From Patescibacteria group bacterium (GTDB taxonomy: Bacteria > Patescibacteriota > WWE3 > UBA101185 > UBA10185): a DNA stretch of 64,000 nt. Positions 17,438 to 27,211 of the stretch are shown here, one piece after another. The notes under the pieces are model-generated. The model did no database searches, was not told where the DNA came from, and saw nothing but the letters and a program-made list of their open reading frames with translations. The stretch lies in contig JBHPHX010000001.1 in assembly GCA_042571515.1 (NCBI GenBank), forward strand, positions 9,508 through 73,507, in the 5' to 3' direction. Each line of letters opens with the position of its first letter. Positions within the stretch are counted from its first letter, which is position 1. Position numbers and translations under genes: made by a program.

Positions 17438-17712
17438 ATAAACCCTTGACAACATCCCTCACCCCATGATATTTATTTTATTGTAATGATAAAAAGTATT
17501 GCATTCACAACCGAAAATGGTTGGTTCAGGTATCATAAAGCCTTTGTGCTCGATGCCTGATCTTGGATGTTTATTTTTTAACCCTTAAAACACATAAACG
17601 CTCGGAATCAGGTTCCGAGCTTTACTTTTTCCAACGAAAATTTATCGCTCTAAATGGAGAATCTGACTTCGCTCCGTATGGAGGAAGAACCTAAAGAAAG
17701 GAGGTAATAATC

Positions 17713-17835
17713 ATGTTTGGTCCTCATGGTTTCGGTCCTCGAGGCTTCGGCCCCTGGGATGGACCTTGGCGCAGCGAAGGTCCGAAGAAAGGCCCACATG
17801 GAAACCCCTGTGGTCCCCGTGGTCCTCGCGGCTAA
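17713..17835 (+). CDS. 40-aa Gly-Pro repeat microprotein
   Basis: MFGPHGFGPRGFGPWDGPWRSEGPKKGPHGNPCGPRGPRG; SD AAAGGAGGT 7 nt upstream; varied synonymous codons. Confidence 0.8.
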   Translation: MFGPHGFGPRGFGPWDGPWRSEGPKKGPHGNPCGPRGPRG

Positions 17836-17966
17836 AAGTCGCGAAAAACTAGCTTGCAATTGCGCTAGAAACAACTAACAAAAAGTCGTTGTTCCTTGCA
17901 GTGCAGTTGCCTGATAGTAAGTTTATCGGACTGCGAGGATACAACGCACCTTAAAAGGAGCAAATA

Positions 17967-18182
17967 GTGATGACGAGATTTTTGGGAAATTGTCCCTACT
18001 GTGGACGGGAAATAACACCCGAGCAGGTAGAAAGGCATGTTCACGATCCAGTAAAAGAGCTTGAAAAATGTGAAAAAGGAGATCACAGGAAGCTCAAGGG
18101 TAAGGCGTGTCACATTTGCCAAATGGAAAAGAGTTTTCGGGCGTTAGTTAAGCAAAGATCAAAACCAAGAGGCACTTGGTGA
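17967..18182 (+). CDS. Small zinc-finger-like protein
   Basis: CPYC...HVH...C....H...CHIC; SD AAAAGGAG. Confidence 0.7.
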   Translation: MMTRFLGNCPYCGREITPEQVERHVHDPVKELEKCEKGDHRKLKGKACHICQMEKSFRALVKQRSKPRGTW

Positions 18183-18197
18183 TGACAACGACAACGG

Positions 18198-18245
18198 TGT
18201 GCGAAGCGAGAGAGTCGAAATGACTTTGAGTACTCGCTTCGCACA
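18198..18245. repeat. GC-rich hairpin (REP- or terminator-like)
   Basis: TGTGCGAAGCGAG/CTCGCTTCGCACA 13-bp stem. Confidence 0.7.
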
Positions 18246-18267
18246 GGGCTATTTTACCAAAATAAGT

Positions 18268-19794
18268 ATGAAATTTAGTAAAAATAAAAAAATACAAAAA
18301 TTAATAGAGCTTTCAAAAGAAGCCACAATGTTAAAAGGTATAGGTGAAGTTTTGGATTGGGATCAAAACGTAAACATGCCCAAAAATGCGGCGGAAGGCA
18401 GGAGTTACCAACTAGCACTAATATCTTCTATTACACATCAAAAGGTTGCTTCAGATCAGTTTGGGGAAGTTGTGAAATCGTTAGATAAAGAAATAAAAGA
18501 AAATCCTGCAAAATTCACGTTGTATGACAGGGTATTAGTCAGGGAATCGCTAAGAGCTTACGAAAAGGCTACAAAACTCTTAAAAGATTTTGTTGAAAGG
18601 GAATCTGAAGCAAAATCAAAGGGCTTTGAGGCCTGGAAAGAGGCGAAAGAAAAGTCAGATTTCTCAATCTTTGAGCCATTTCTTAAAAAGCTCGTAGACC
18701 TGGCAATTGAGGAGGCGGGGCTTTTAGGATACGAGGACTCGCCTTATGATGCACTCCTAGATAAATTCGAACAGGGCTTAACTGAGAAACAAGTAGAAAA
18801 GATACTTAGTCCATTAAGAGACTTTACTGTGAGTTTTCTTCAAAAAGTCTTGAACTCGAATATAACGATTGATGGCGAAATACTGAAAAGAAAATTTAAC
18901 ACTCAAAAGCAGCTTGAGTTCGGTAAAGAACTTGCTGAGGATTCGGGTTATAGCTTTGATTCTGGTAGATTAGACATTGCTCCCCACCCCTTCACAACAG
19001 AATTTGGCACTTCCAGTGACGTACGAATAACAACTAGAGTGGACGAAGGTAACTTGCCCGATTCAATCTTATCTACCATCCACGAATCTGGTCACGGTAT
19101 GTATGAGCAAAACATAGACAAGGCATTAGATATGACCATTTTAAGCGAGGAAACATCCTATGCTATGCACGAGGCAATGGCTAGAATGTGGGAAAACCCC
19201 ATTGGTAGAAGTAAATATTTCTGGAATTACCAATACCCCAGATTGGTGAGGGCCTTTCCAAAGGTTATCTCACTAGGTGAAAAGGAAAAATTCATTAGTG
19301 CCATAAATATAGTGGAGCCTGGTTTCATCCGTGTGGACGCGGATGAGATAACCTACAACTTGCACATAATCCTACGGTTTGAAATTGAAAGGGACTTGAT
19401 CAAAGGAAAGGTAAGGGTTAAGGATCTGCCGGAGATTTGGAACAGTAAGATGCAAGAATACCTCGGAATAACTCCACCAAACGATGCATTGGGGGTACTG
19501 CAAGACGTACACTGGTCGTATGGGCTTTTTGGGTATTTCCCCAGCTACAGTATTGGGAATATATACGCTGCACAATTGATGAACAAAATGAACAAAGACA
19601 TAATTGGTATTAACAAGCAATTACAAGAGGGTGATTACACAAAAATTAGAACTTGGTTAGAGAAAAATGTTCAACAGTATGGAAAAGTTCTTACTGCAGG
19701 GGAAATATGTGAAAAAGCTACAGGAGAAAAATTGAATTCAAAGTACTTAATTGAGTATTTGGAGGATAAATTTGGTAGGATTTACAAGATATGA
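18268..19794 (+). CDS. M32 carboxypeptidase
   Basis: HPF, DVRITTR, HESGH, IRVDADE, GVLQDVHW, GYFPSY. Confidence 0.95.
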   Translation: MKFSKNKKIQKLIELSKEATMLKGIGEVLDWDQNVNMPKNAAEGRSYQLALISSITHQKVASDQFGEVVKSLDKEIKENPAKFTLYDRVLVRESLRAYEKATKLLKDFVERESEAKSKGFEAWKEAKEKSDFSIFEPFLKKLVDLAIEEAGLLGYEDSPYDALLDKFEQGLTEKQVEKILSPLRDFTVSFLQKVLNSNITIDGEILKRKFNTQKQLEFGKELAEDSGYSFDSGRLDIAPHPFTTEFGTSSDVRITTRVDEGNLPDSILSTIHESGHGMYEQNIDKALDMTILSEETSYAMHEAMARMWENPIGRSKYFWNYQYPRLVRAFPKVISLGEKEKFISAINIVEPGFIRVDADEITYNLHIILRFEIERDLIKGKVRVKDLPEIWNSKMQEYLGITPPNDALGVLQDVHWSYGLFGYFPSYSIGNIYAAQLMNKMNKDIIGINKQLQEGDYTKIRTWLEKNVQQYGKVLTAGEICEKATGEKLNSKYLIEYLEDKFGRIYKI

Positions 19795-21038
19795 AAAAAG
19801 AAAAACTAACAACCCAACCATATAAAGGTACATCCGACTGGCTACCGGATGAGTTCTTGATGCAAAAATATATCTTCGACACCTGGAGGAAAGTCTGTTT
19901 GAAATTTGGTTACAAAGAATACTTAACTCCCCTACTCGATCCTGCCAACCTATACAAGGCTAAATCGGGTGAGGTAGCGGAGGAATTATTCACTCTAGAA
20001 GACAGGGCAGGTAGAAACTTGGCTTTAAGGCCGGAGATGACTCCTTCTGTGACTAGAATGGTGGCTTCAATCTACAAAGAAACCTCTAAACCAATCAGGC
20101 TTTTTAGTATTGCGCCGTTTTACAGAAATGAGGCCCCACAAAAGGGCAGGACCAGAGAGTTTTGGCAATTAAATGCAGATATATTTGGGGAGGATTCATT
20201 GGAGGCGGACCTTGAGGTACTTTCCTTAGCTGTGGAAATCATGCTGGCCTTTGACGCCCCAAAAAATTCTTTTAAACTGTATTTCAATAGCAGAAATTTG
20301 GTCGAGAGTCTCTTTTCAAAACTGCAAATTCAAGACAACAAGTTGGAAGTGGCAAGGGCTATGGATAAGTTTGACAAGATTGGGACAAAGGAAACGAAAA
20401 GTTTACTTGAAAAACAGAATCTAGATGCCGCACAAATCGAAGGCCTCATAAATTACTTGAATGGCGATATTTCAAATCTAGACAATGGTGAAATTAAATA
20501 TTTTGTGACCGAACTAAAAAAGCTTGGGTATGCAGATTACGTTGAATTTAAGCCAAGTATTATAAGGGGTTTTGACTATTATGACGGCATGATTTTTGAG
20601 GTGTTTGACCTTAATTCAGATAATAATAGGTCTCTTTTTGGTGGCGGGAGATACAACGGTCTATCTGAAATTTTTGGTATTGAGAATTTCCCTGCAACAG
20701 GATTTGCCCCAGGAAATGTTACCACCAAACTATTTCTGGAAAACTGGAATCTGATACCAAAAGATCTGGAAGTTCCTACTTATTATTTACCAACCCTGAC
20801 TGCTCAAAATATCTTAAAGATAGCCAATGAGTTACGGGGGGTAGGTATGAATGTACAAACGGAGTTAAAGCAAACTTCAATATCAGATGCATTAAGAAAA
20901 GCTAATACCTTGGGTCTTAAAAAAGTCATAATTTTAGGCAAAGAGGAGCTGGCCAACAACGCAATCACTGTTAAAGACTTAGAAACTGGGGATCAAGAAA
21001 CACAGGACTTGAAAACGTGGCTGGCTAATATATCATAA
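19791..21038 (+). CDS. hisS: Histidine--tRNA ligase
   Basis: LRPEMT, YRNEAPQKGR.REFWQ, RGFDYY, GGGRY. Confidence 0.95.
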   Translation: MKKEKLTTQPYKGTSDWLPDEFLMQKYIFDTWRKVCLKFGYKEYLTPLLDPANLYKAKSGEVAEELFTLEDRAGRNLALRPEMTPSVTRMVASIYKETSKPIRLFSIAPFYRNEAPQKGRTREFWQLNADIFGEDSLEADLEVLSLAVEIMLAFDAPKNSFKLYFNSRNLVESLFSKLQIQDNKLEVARAMDKFDKIGTKETKSLLEKQNLDAAQIEGLINYLNGDISNLDNGEIKYFVTELKKLGYADYVEFKPSIIRGFDYYDGMIFEVFDLNSDNNRSLFGGGRYNGLSEIFGIENFPATGFAPGNVTTKLFLENWNLIPKDLEVPTYYLPTLTAQNILKIANELRGVGMNVQTELKQTSISDALRKANTLGLKKVIILGKEELANNAITVKDLETGDQETQDLKTWLANIS

Positions 21039-21044
21039 ACATAG

Positions 21045-22016
21045 ATGAGATTACCACTGCCCAGACAAAATCTCTTACCATACTACTTAGCAGTCGTGCT
21101 TACGTATGTGATATGGGGGGCCGCTGCGCCTATAGTTAAGCTAACATTAGATTATCTCCCCATTGGTATTTTCCTACTCTTTAGATTCATACTTGTTTGT
21201 ACACTACTCCTTCCCTACACCATTTTTCAGTTAAAAAAACACCCTATTCACAGAAGCGATATTGGAAAAATAATTTTACTTGGCCTTTTCTCTCAAACTT
21301 CAATTGCGCTTGTTTTTGCTGGGCTTAAATTTACCACAGCCCTAGAGGCAACTTTAATTGGAGTTTTGGGACCAATTCTAACTGTCTTTGTAGGACACTA
21401 TCTTTACAACGAAAAAATAAACAAAAATATACGGGTCGGACTCATACTTGCAGTAGTCGGTACTTTATTTACTGCCCTTGTTCCCCTACTCACTGCTTCC
21501 GGTATAGACAAGATAGCCACCCAGAAGCTCTGGGGTAACCTATTTGTAATTCTCTACCATTTAGCATTTCTTATATATATTATTTGGTCAAAAATTTCTC
21601 TGGGGGAAAACACACTAAAAACGAGGGGGGTGCTTAGATGGCTTCACCTGAAACCCATGAAAAGGCACTACTCTCCCCTACTTTTGATGTCTTTAAGCTT
21701 TTATGTGGGGCTTGTAACTTTTATACCTTACGCTCTTCTTGAGTTTGCTAATGGTGCCCAAGTTGTTTTTAACATTACTTCAGCTTTTGGAGTACTTTAT
21801 ATGGCGGTACTCTCCTCAATTGTGGCCTATTTTGGATTTGAGTGGGCCTTAACAAAGATAGAGATAAAAGATGTATCTATAATTAGTTACCTTCAACCAG
21901 TTTTCACACTCCCCTTTGCGTATTTACTTCTCAGGGAAATTCCCACAGGAGAAATGCTTGTTGGGGCGGCACTGATTGCTGTAGGTGTAAGCATTGCTGA
22001 ATATCACAAAGCTTGA
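21045..22016 (+). CDS. DMT/EamA transporter
   Basis: About 10 TM, IWG, YLQPV, LLRE. Confidence 0.9.
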   Translation: MRLPLPRQNLLPYYLAVVLTYVIWGAAAPIVKLTLDYLPIGIFLLFRFILVCTLLLPYTIFQLKKHPIHRSDIGKIILLGLFSQTSIALVFAGLKFTTALEATLIGVLGPILTVFVGHYLYNEKINKNIRVGLILAVVGTLFTALVPLLTASGIDKIATQKLWGNLFVILYHLAFLIYIIWSKISLGENTLKTRGVLRWLHLKPMKRHYSPLLLMSLSFYVGLVTFIPYALLEFANGAQVVFNITSAFGVLYMAVLSSIVAYFGFEWALTKIEIKDVSIISYLQPVFTLPFAYLLLREIPTGEMLVGAALIAVGVSIAEYHKA

Positions 22017-22031
22017 TACAATGGCGCAGTC

Positions 22032-22355
22032 ATGAACAAAGATATTCAACCCCAAGTACATACAGATTGCACCGTTACATGCGCATGTGGTAACTCCTTT
22101 ACTACTATTTCTACCCAGCCTAGCATTGCAGTTGAAATTTGCAGTGCCTGCCACCCTTTCTACACTGGGCAACAAAAATTTGTTGACACTGAAGGCAGGA
22201 TAGATAAATTTAAGAAAAAACAAAAAATTTCCACCGTAAAGAAACAAAAGGCTGAGCTGGCTAAAAAAACCAAGGCTGCAAAAATAAAGAAATCGGGGAA
22301 AAAGAAGGAACCTACTCTAAAGGAGATGTTAGAACAAGCTAGAAAATCTACCTAG
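22032..22355 (+). CDS. rpmE: 50S ribosomal protein L31, Lys-rich extension
   Basis: CACG...[10 protein letters not shown]...GRIDKF. Confidence 0.97.
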   Translation: MNKDIQPQVHTDCTVTCACGNSFTTISTQPSIAVEICSACHPFYTGQQKFVDTEGRIDKFKKKQKISTVKKQKAELAKKTKAAKIKKSGKKKEPTLKEMLEQARKST

Positions 22356-22358
22356 ATA

Positions 22359-23270
22359 ATGAATAACACCATAGAAAATCTCAAAAAGGAAATTTCTAAC
22401 CTGCGACACAGAATAGATGCAAACAAGGAAATTGCAGATCTGGAGTTGAAGAAATTGGCAGAAGAGGAAAACGATACCTTGGGAAAACATATCCAAGCTC
22501 TAGAAAAAGAGATTGCCACGCTGCCGCTCGCAATGACAAGGGGGGAAAAACAGCAAGAAGAGGGGGTGTCACTTAATCCCAATGCTGCTATATTGGAAAT
22601 TAGAGCCGGTACTGGTGGAAGCGAAGCTGGAATTTTTGCAAAAGATCTTTTTAGAATGTACTCTCGATTTGCGGAAAAAGAAGCTTACAAAATCGAATCT
22701 ATAGGGCCCCTATCAATGAAGCTTAGGGGTAAAAATGTTTATAATTTGCTAAAAAATGAATCTGGTGTACATAGGGTACAAAGAGTACCCGTAACCGAAG
22801 CAGGGGGGCGTATACACACCTCTACTGCTACTGTTGCAGTTCTCCCAGAAGTTAAGAAAATGCATATCGAAGTTAATCCAGAAGATTTAGAATGGGAATT
22901 TTTTAGAAGCGGAGGCAAGGGCGGACAAAATGTTAATAAAGTGTCTACTGCCGTACGCCTAATCCATAAACCAACAAATATAATAGTAGAGTGTCAGGAG
23001 GAAAGGACACAGGGCAGAAACAGAGAAAAAGCCTTAGAGATACTTAACTCTAGATTATATGATGCTATGAGAGAGCAGCAGGTAAAAAACATCTCTGATT
23101 TGAGGGCGTCACAGGTGGGTACAGGAGAAAGATCGGAAAAAATAAGAACCTACAATTTCCCTCAAGACCGTATTACCGATCATAGAATAAAGAAAAACTT
23201 TGGGAACATACAAACTGTTTTAGATGGGGAACTTAACAAAATAGTAAACGCTGTTTCTGGTTTGGATTAA
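22359..23270 (+). CDS. prfA: Peptide chain release factor 1 (short N-domain)
   Basis: PVT recognition loop, GGQ, RSEKIRTYNFPQ. Confidence 0.95.
   Translation: MNNTIENLKKEISNLRHRIDANKEIADLELKKLAEEENDTLGKHIQALEKEIATLPLAMTRGEKQQEEGVSLNPNAAILEIRAGTGGSEAGIFAKDLFRMYSRFAEKEAYKIESIGPLSMKLRGKNVYNLLKNESGVHRVQRVPVTEAGGRIHTSTATVAVLPEVKKMHIEVNPEDLEWEFFRSGGKGGQNVNKVSTAVRLIHKPTNIIVECQEERTQGRNREKALEILNSRLYDAMREQQVKNISDLRASQVGTGERSEKIRTYNFPQDRITDHRIKKNFGNIQTVLDGELNKIVNAVSGLD
22510..22537. repeat. Palindromic element inside prfA
   Basis: AGATTGCCACGCTGCCGCTCGCAATGAC; same termini as the element in dnaX. Confidence 0.75.
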
Positions 23271-24484
23271 ATCTCTTTAGCTAGCTCAATTGCTTTGTCC
23301 AGCTGTGGATCTAGGCCCTCGTTGTAATCCTCTGCGGTTCTTTCCACCGTCACATCAGGCTCTAAGCCAACTCCATGAACCCATTCCTTTTTTGGAGTGA
23401 GCCATTTAGCTGTTGTGATATGCACACCCGACCCATCATCAAAATCTCTCGCTTCCTGGATAGTCCCCTTTCCAAATGATGTCATACCAATAAACTCTGC
23501 ACCAATATTTTCTTTTAGGGCAGCGGCTAATATTTCAGAGGCAGAGGCACTTCCCTCATCTATAAGAACGTAAACCTGAGGGATTCTATCAAAAGTACCG
23601 TTTCTTTTGGTGGCATACTCCACGTACTCGCCTGTTGCCTCTTGCTGGAAAAGAACAGTTCCGCCTTTGAAAAACTCCCCAGCTAGGTGAACCGAACTCT
23701 GTAAGTAGCCCCCGGGATTACCACGCACATCTAAGATGATTACATCTAGTTCTTCCATATCTACATTAACCTGCTTGACCACCTTATCCCATTGCTTGTT
23801 TGTATCCACACCAAATCTGCTAACCCTGATATAAGCAATCCCATCCCCTTTGTCTTCCCAAGTAACACTGTCAATTGTTATTACGCCGCGAGTAATTTCA
23901 ATTACAAATGGCTCCCCGCTACCACGACCAACTGTCAAGGAACTAACCGTTCCTGCGCTTCCCCGGATTTTTGCTACTGCCTCTGAAATGGTGATCCCAA
24001 TAGTACTTACCCCCTCTATTTCCAATATCTTATCCCCTGCCCTAACCCCAGCTTTTATTGCCGGAGATCCATCTAGGGGAGCAATTACAATTAACTGTCC
24101 TTCTTTCAAACCTAACTCCGCCCCTATTCCCTGATACGAATTGTTAAGAGAGCTGATTATTATTTCATTTAATTCGGGAGGTAAATAAGCAGTATAGGGA
24201 TCTTCAAGTGAGTTAACCATTCCGGAAATGGCTCCATATAGCATTTTTTGGCCATCTACAGGGCGATCAAGATAAATTTCACTAACCATATCCCAAACAT
24301 CCCAGAAAAGGGAAAAGTCTATTTCCTGATCCCCCGGAGACTTGTTTATAACAGTGATTGTTGGGGGGTTACGTTTGATTTCAAATTCATATCCTCGTTT
24401 TCCGTAATAGTAGCCACCATAAAAAAAGCTTGTTGCTATTAGAATAGTTATTAATAATCTCTGAAATTTAGCAAATGGTGACAT
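23267..24484 (-). CDS. S41 C-terminal processing peptidase
   Basis: PDZ GIG, DVRGNPGG, SASASE, FGKG. Confidence 0.95.
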   Translation of the reverse strand: MSPFAKFQRLLITILIATSFFYGGYYYGKRGYEFEIKRNPPTITVINKSPGDQEIDFSLFWDVWDMVSEIYLDRPVDGQKMLYGAISGMVNSLEDPYTAYLPPELNEIIISSLNNSYQGIGAELGLKEGQLIVIAPLDGSPAIKAGVRAGDKILEIEGVSTIGITISEAVAKIRGSAGTVSSLTVGRGSGEPFVIEITRGVITIDSVTWEDKGDGIAYIRVSRFGVDTNKQWDKVVKQVNVDMEELDVIILDVRGNPGGYLQSSVHLAGEFFKGGTVLFQQEATGEYVEYATKRNGTFDRIPQVYVLIDEGSASASEILAAALKENIGAEFIGMTSFGKGTIQEARDFDDGSGVHITTAKWLTPKKEWVHGVGLEPDVTVERTAEDYNEGLDPQLDKAIELAKEI

Positions 24485-24485
24485 A

Positions 24486-25469
24486 TCAGATTATGGCAAA
24501 AATGTTAGGCGACATTACTTCTACTGCTTTCTCATTATTACTCAACTTAACAAATATACTAGATTCTGTAACACTGTCAATAATTCCATAATGGCCATAG
24601 TACTCTGGGGTAAACACTTGTACCTTTACCCCCTCCTTCGCGTTTATAAAGTACTGCTCCTTCTCAGAGAGAGGAAATTCCTCTTCTGAGGGAATGGGTA
24701 TACTTAATCTTCCTTGTTCTCCGTAAAAAAACACAAACCTGTGTGCTACATCGTTTAAAGCAAAATAAACTTCCTCCGGAGTGGGCATAATCCCAAACCC
24801 AGAGACAATTCCCAAATTTAGACCGGATTTGTACGCTTGGGAAAACATCTCTCTGTGTGCACTTCCTGCAAGCAGCGCCCCCACATTTAATTCCTTTGCC
24901 CGTTTTAATATTCCTTCGGAAATACTGTGTCCAACATAAATTATTTTACCTGAGGCCGATTTCATATATTTGTCTAAATAATTAATCTCAAGAAGTTCTG
25001 TGGGGTTCGGGAAAACAATTAACTCCCCGGAAACGAATCCCCTTGTACTGGCTATTAAGTTAATATCTTTGGTTTGAGTTTTTAGTAATACACCAAGATT
25101 CTTCTTAACATCGGTTACCTCTCCCCAAACCCCCGGTAACAACCAATAGTCCTGTTCTACGGATTTGAAAAAGTATACTCCTTCTTTATCCTGTATCAAA
25201 GAGCCTTTAAAAGGCGTGGTGAACTTTTTAGATTTAATTTTCCCCAATAGTACTTCAGCTTCCACACTACGACTAGTATTTACCTTATTATTTGGTTTAA
25301 ACTTCTCGCCCAGACGTACCACTTCATATGAAATTTTTGTTGAGCCAATCTTTTGTGACGGTTCTACCTTACTTCCAACCTCAACAGTTATTTCCCCTGC
25401 TTTTGGCAAGGATCTTTCAATAAATACTTCCTTCCTATAATTTATTTTTCTTATAACTGGTATATACAT
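24486..25469 (-). CDS. Conserved hypothetical protein (barrel-sandwich-like N-terminus, KOW-like C-terminus)
   Basis: ERSLPKAGEITVEVGSKVEP; YYGHYGII. Confidence 0.7.
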   Translation of the reverse strand: MYIPVIRKINYRKEVFIERSLPKAGEITVEVGSKVEPSQKIGSTKISYEVVRLGEKFKPNNKVNTSRSVEAEVLLGKIKSKKFTTPFKGSLIQDKEGVYFFKSVEQDYWLLPGVWGEVTDVKKNLGVLLKTQTKDINLIASTRGFVSGELIVFPNPTELLEINYLDKYMKSASGKIIYVGHSISEGILKRAKELNVGALLAGSAHREMFSQAYKSGLNLGIVSGFGIMPTPEEVYFALNDVAHRFVFFYGEQGRLSIPIPSEEEFPLSEKEQYFINAKEGVKVQVFTPEYYGHYGIIDSVTESSIFVKLSNNEKAVEVMSPNIFAII

Positions 25470-26375
25470 TTATATTTTTGCCAGAACTTCCTGAATTGAC
25501 GAAATATACTTGGCATAAGATTTACTGAAGGCCTGCGATATCTCTCCCTTTTTTCTTGTATCAACCATAACACCCAAAACTCCTCCTCCTACTTTCTCCT
25601 CTACCGTTCCCAAGTTAGCGCTCTTAACAACAATACGTGACTTTGTTGAGGCATCTAGTGGTATAAACACCAAATCGTCCTCCTCAACTTCAAAAAGCTG
25701 CTTTGTGCCCACTTGGGTTTCTATATAACAAACGGTGGGACCTGAAGAAACAACCAGCGCACCCAAATTTTTGGGCACAAAATTCTCCGTCTTGTCTAAA
25801 ATATATTCTGAGTTTTGGTCAAAGTACAAATTATAAATACCTTCCTTCCTAACAAAGTCGAGCATTAAGAGGTATTTTTTGGGGTTGTTATTCAAATTGA
25901 TAAAAAAGTCGCCCATAAATAATAAATCCTTGTGGTCTACAGGAACCAATTGGGCTAAATACAACAAAAGTTCATACTGGACCCTATATCCAGAGGTATC
26001 TTTTGGGGAAATATAGTTAAAAATGGCCAGATTGGATAAATAATCCATATTATCTAACTGCTTTCCAGCTGGAAAAACGGAGTGAAACCCTGAAGGTGCA
26101 CTCACGCTTAGATTGTTGATCATAATGGGGTAAAAAAACTCATTCTCCGGGAATTTAACATCCAGTAGATGGGTGCTAGAGATTTTTAGGTCTGTTTTTG
26201 GAAGCTTATGCCTTTCGGCCAAGATATCTATTACTTCTTTATTAAATTTTTCCTGTTTGGGGTACAAGTAGGGGGAAAACTGGTAGTGGAACACATCAAA
26301 TAACTTCTTTCCGTCATCTTTCTGGAGCATGGTATATATGGCCGATTCGCTAAAATACAGTGACAATGTGGGCAT
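25470..26375 (-). CDS. Hypothetical protein, C-terminus resembling GlmL-like proteins
   Basis: GGGVLGVMVDTR motif; recognition from memory only. Confidence 0.6.
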   Translation of the reverse strand: MPTLSLYFSESAIYTMLQKDDGKKLFDVFHYQFSPYLYPKQEKFNKEVIDILAERHKLPKTDLKISSTHLLDVKFPENEFFYPIMINNLSVSAPSGFHSVFPAGKQLDNMDYLSNLAIFNYISPKDTSGYRVQYELLLYLAQLVPVDHKDLLFMGDFFINLNNNPKKYLLMLDFVRKEGIYNLYFDQNSEYILDKTENFVPKNLGALVVSSGPTVCYIETQVGTKQLFEVEEDDLVFIPLDASTKSRIVVKSANLGTVEEKVGGGVLGVMVDTRKKGEISQAFSKSYAKYISSIQEVLAKI

Positions 26376-26430
26376 GAAACAATGTTAACATAAAATTTGG
26401 ACCCCGCTAAGCGGGGTCCTCATTACAATC

Positions 26431-26682
26431 TTACATTGAATGTCTGTCCGTATACGGCAACAAAGCCATATACCTAGCACGCTTAATAGCTCTAGAAAGC
26501 TTTCTCTGATTTCTGGATGTTAAACCAGAATAATTCTGGTGCATTATTTTTCCTCTATCAGTAATAAACCTTTTTAATGTCAAAACATCTTTGAAGTCAG
26601 GTGTTTTGCCCGTGTCTGTAAAGTAACAGGTTTTGGCTTTGGCTTTTATTCTTCTTTGCTTTCTTGGGCTCTTTTTTTTCAT
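26431..26682 (-). CDS. rpsR: 30S ribosomal protein S18
   Basis: DFKD..LKRFI..RGKI, AIKRAR.MALLP. Confidence 0.97.
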   Translation of the reverse strand: MKKKSPRKQRRIKAKAKTCYFTDTGKTPDFKDVLTLKRFITDRGKIMHQNYSGLTSRNQRKLSRAIKRARYMALLPYTDRHSM

Positions 26683-26689
26683 AAATCAC

Positions 26690-27211
26690 TCACTTTTTCT
26701 TTTTTTTCTTTGTTTCCTCCTCTTCTTCCTTTTCTTCCTCTTCTGCTGGCTCTTCCTCAAGTGCAACTTCGTCCTCATCTGCCAAGTCTGAAAGAACATC
26801 GTCTAGATCTAGATCATCATCTACTACGTCCTTTGCAGGCACCTCTTGAGAATATTCACTAGAACTTGTTCCCCCTCTTAATGGACTAAGCACAATCATC
26901 TCGTTTACAACAATTTCGGTTTTGTACCTCTTGTTTCCATCGGCATCGGTCCAATCTCTGGTTTGAAGCCTACCTTCAACATAAGTTTTTGAGCCTTTTG
27001 CCAAAAGTTGAGCGCAAAGTTCCGCCAACTTGTTCCAAGCAACTGCGTTATGAAAATCCGCTGCTTCTTTCTTTATACCGTCAACAGACCATTCACGATT
27101 TGTTGCAATACCAAAACTACATACTGGAGTTCCTTGAGGAGTGTACCTCAATTCAGGATCTCGGGTTAAGTTACCAATTATGATAACTTTATTTACGCTT
27201 CTTGCTGACAT
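26690..27211 (-). CDS. ssb: Single-stranded DNA-binding protein
   Basis: NKVIIIGNLTRDPELRYT, VEGRLQTR. Confidence 0.97.
   Translation of the reverse strand: MSARSVNKVIIIGNLTRDPELRYTPQGTPVCSFGIATNREWSVDGIKKEAADFHNAVAWNKLAELCAQLLAKGSKTYVEGRLQTRDWTDADGNKRYKTEIVVNEMIVLSPLRGGTSSSEYSQEVPAKDVVDDDLDLDDVLSDLADEDEVALEEEPAEEEEKEEEEETKKKKKK

Noticed and set aside
17650-18122. - strand ORFs 17650-17874 and 17865-18122
   Set aside because: Shadows of SD-supported + strand ORFs
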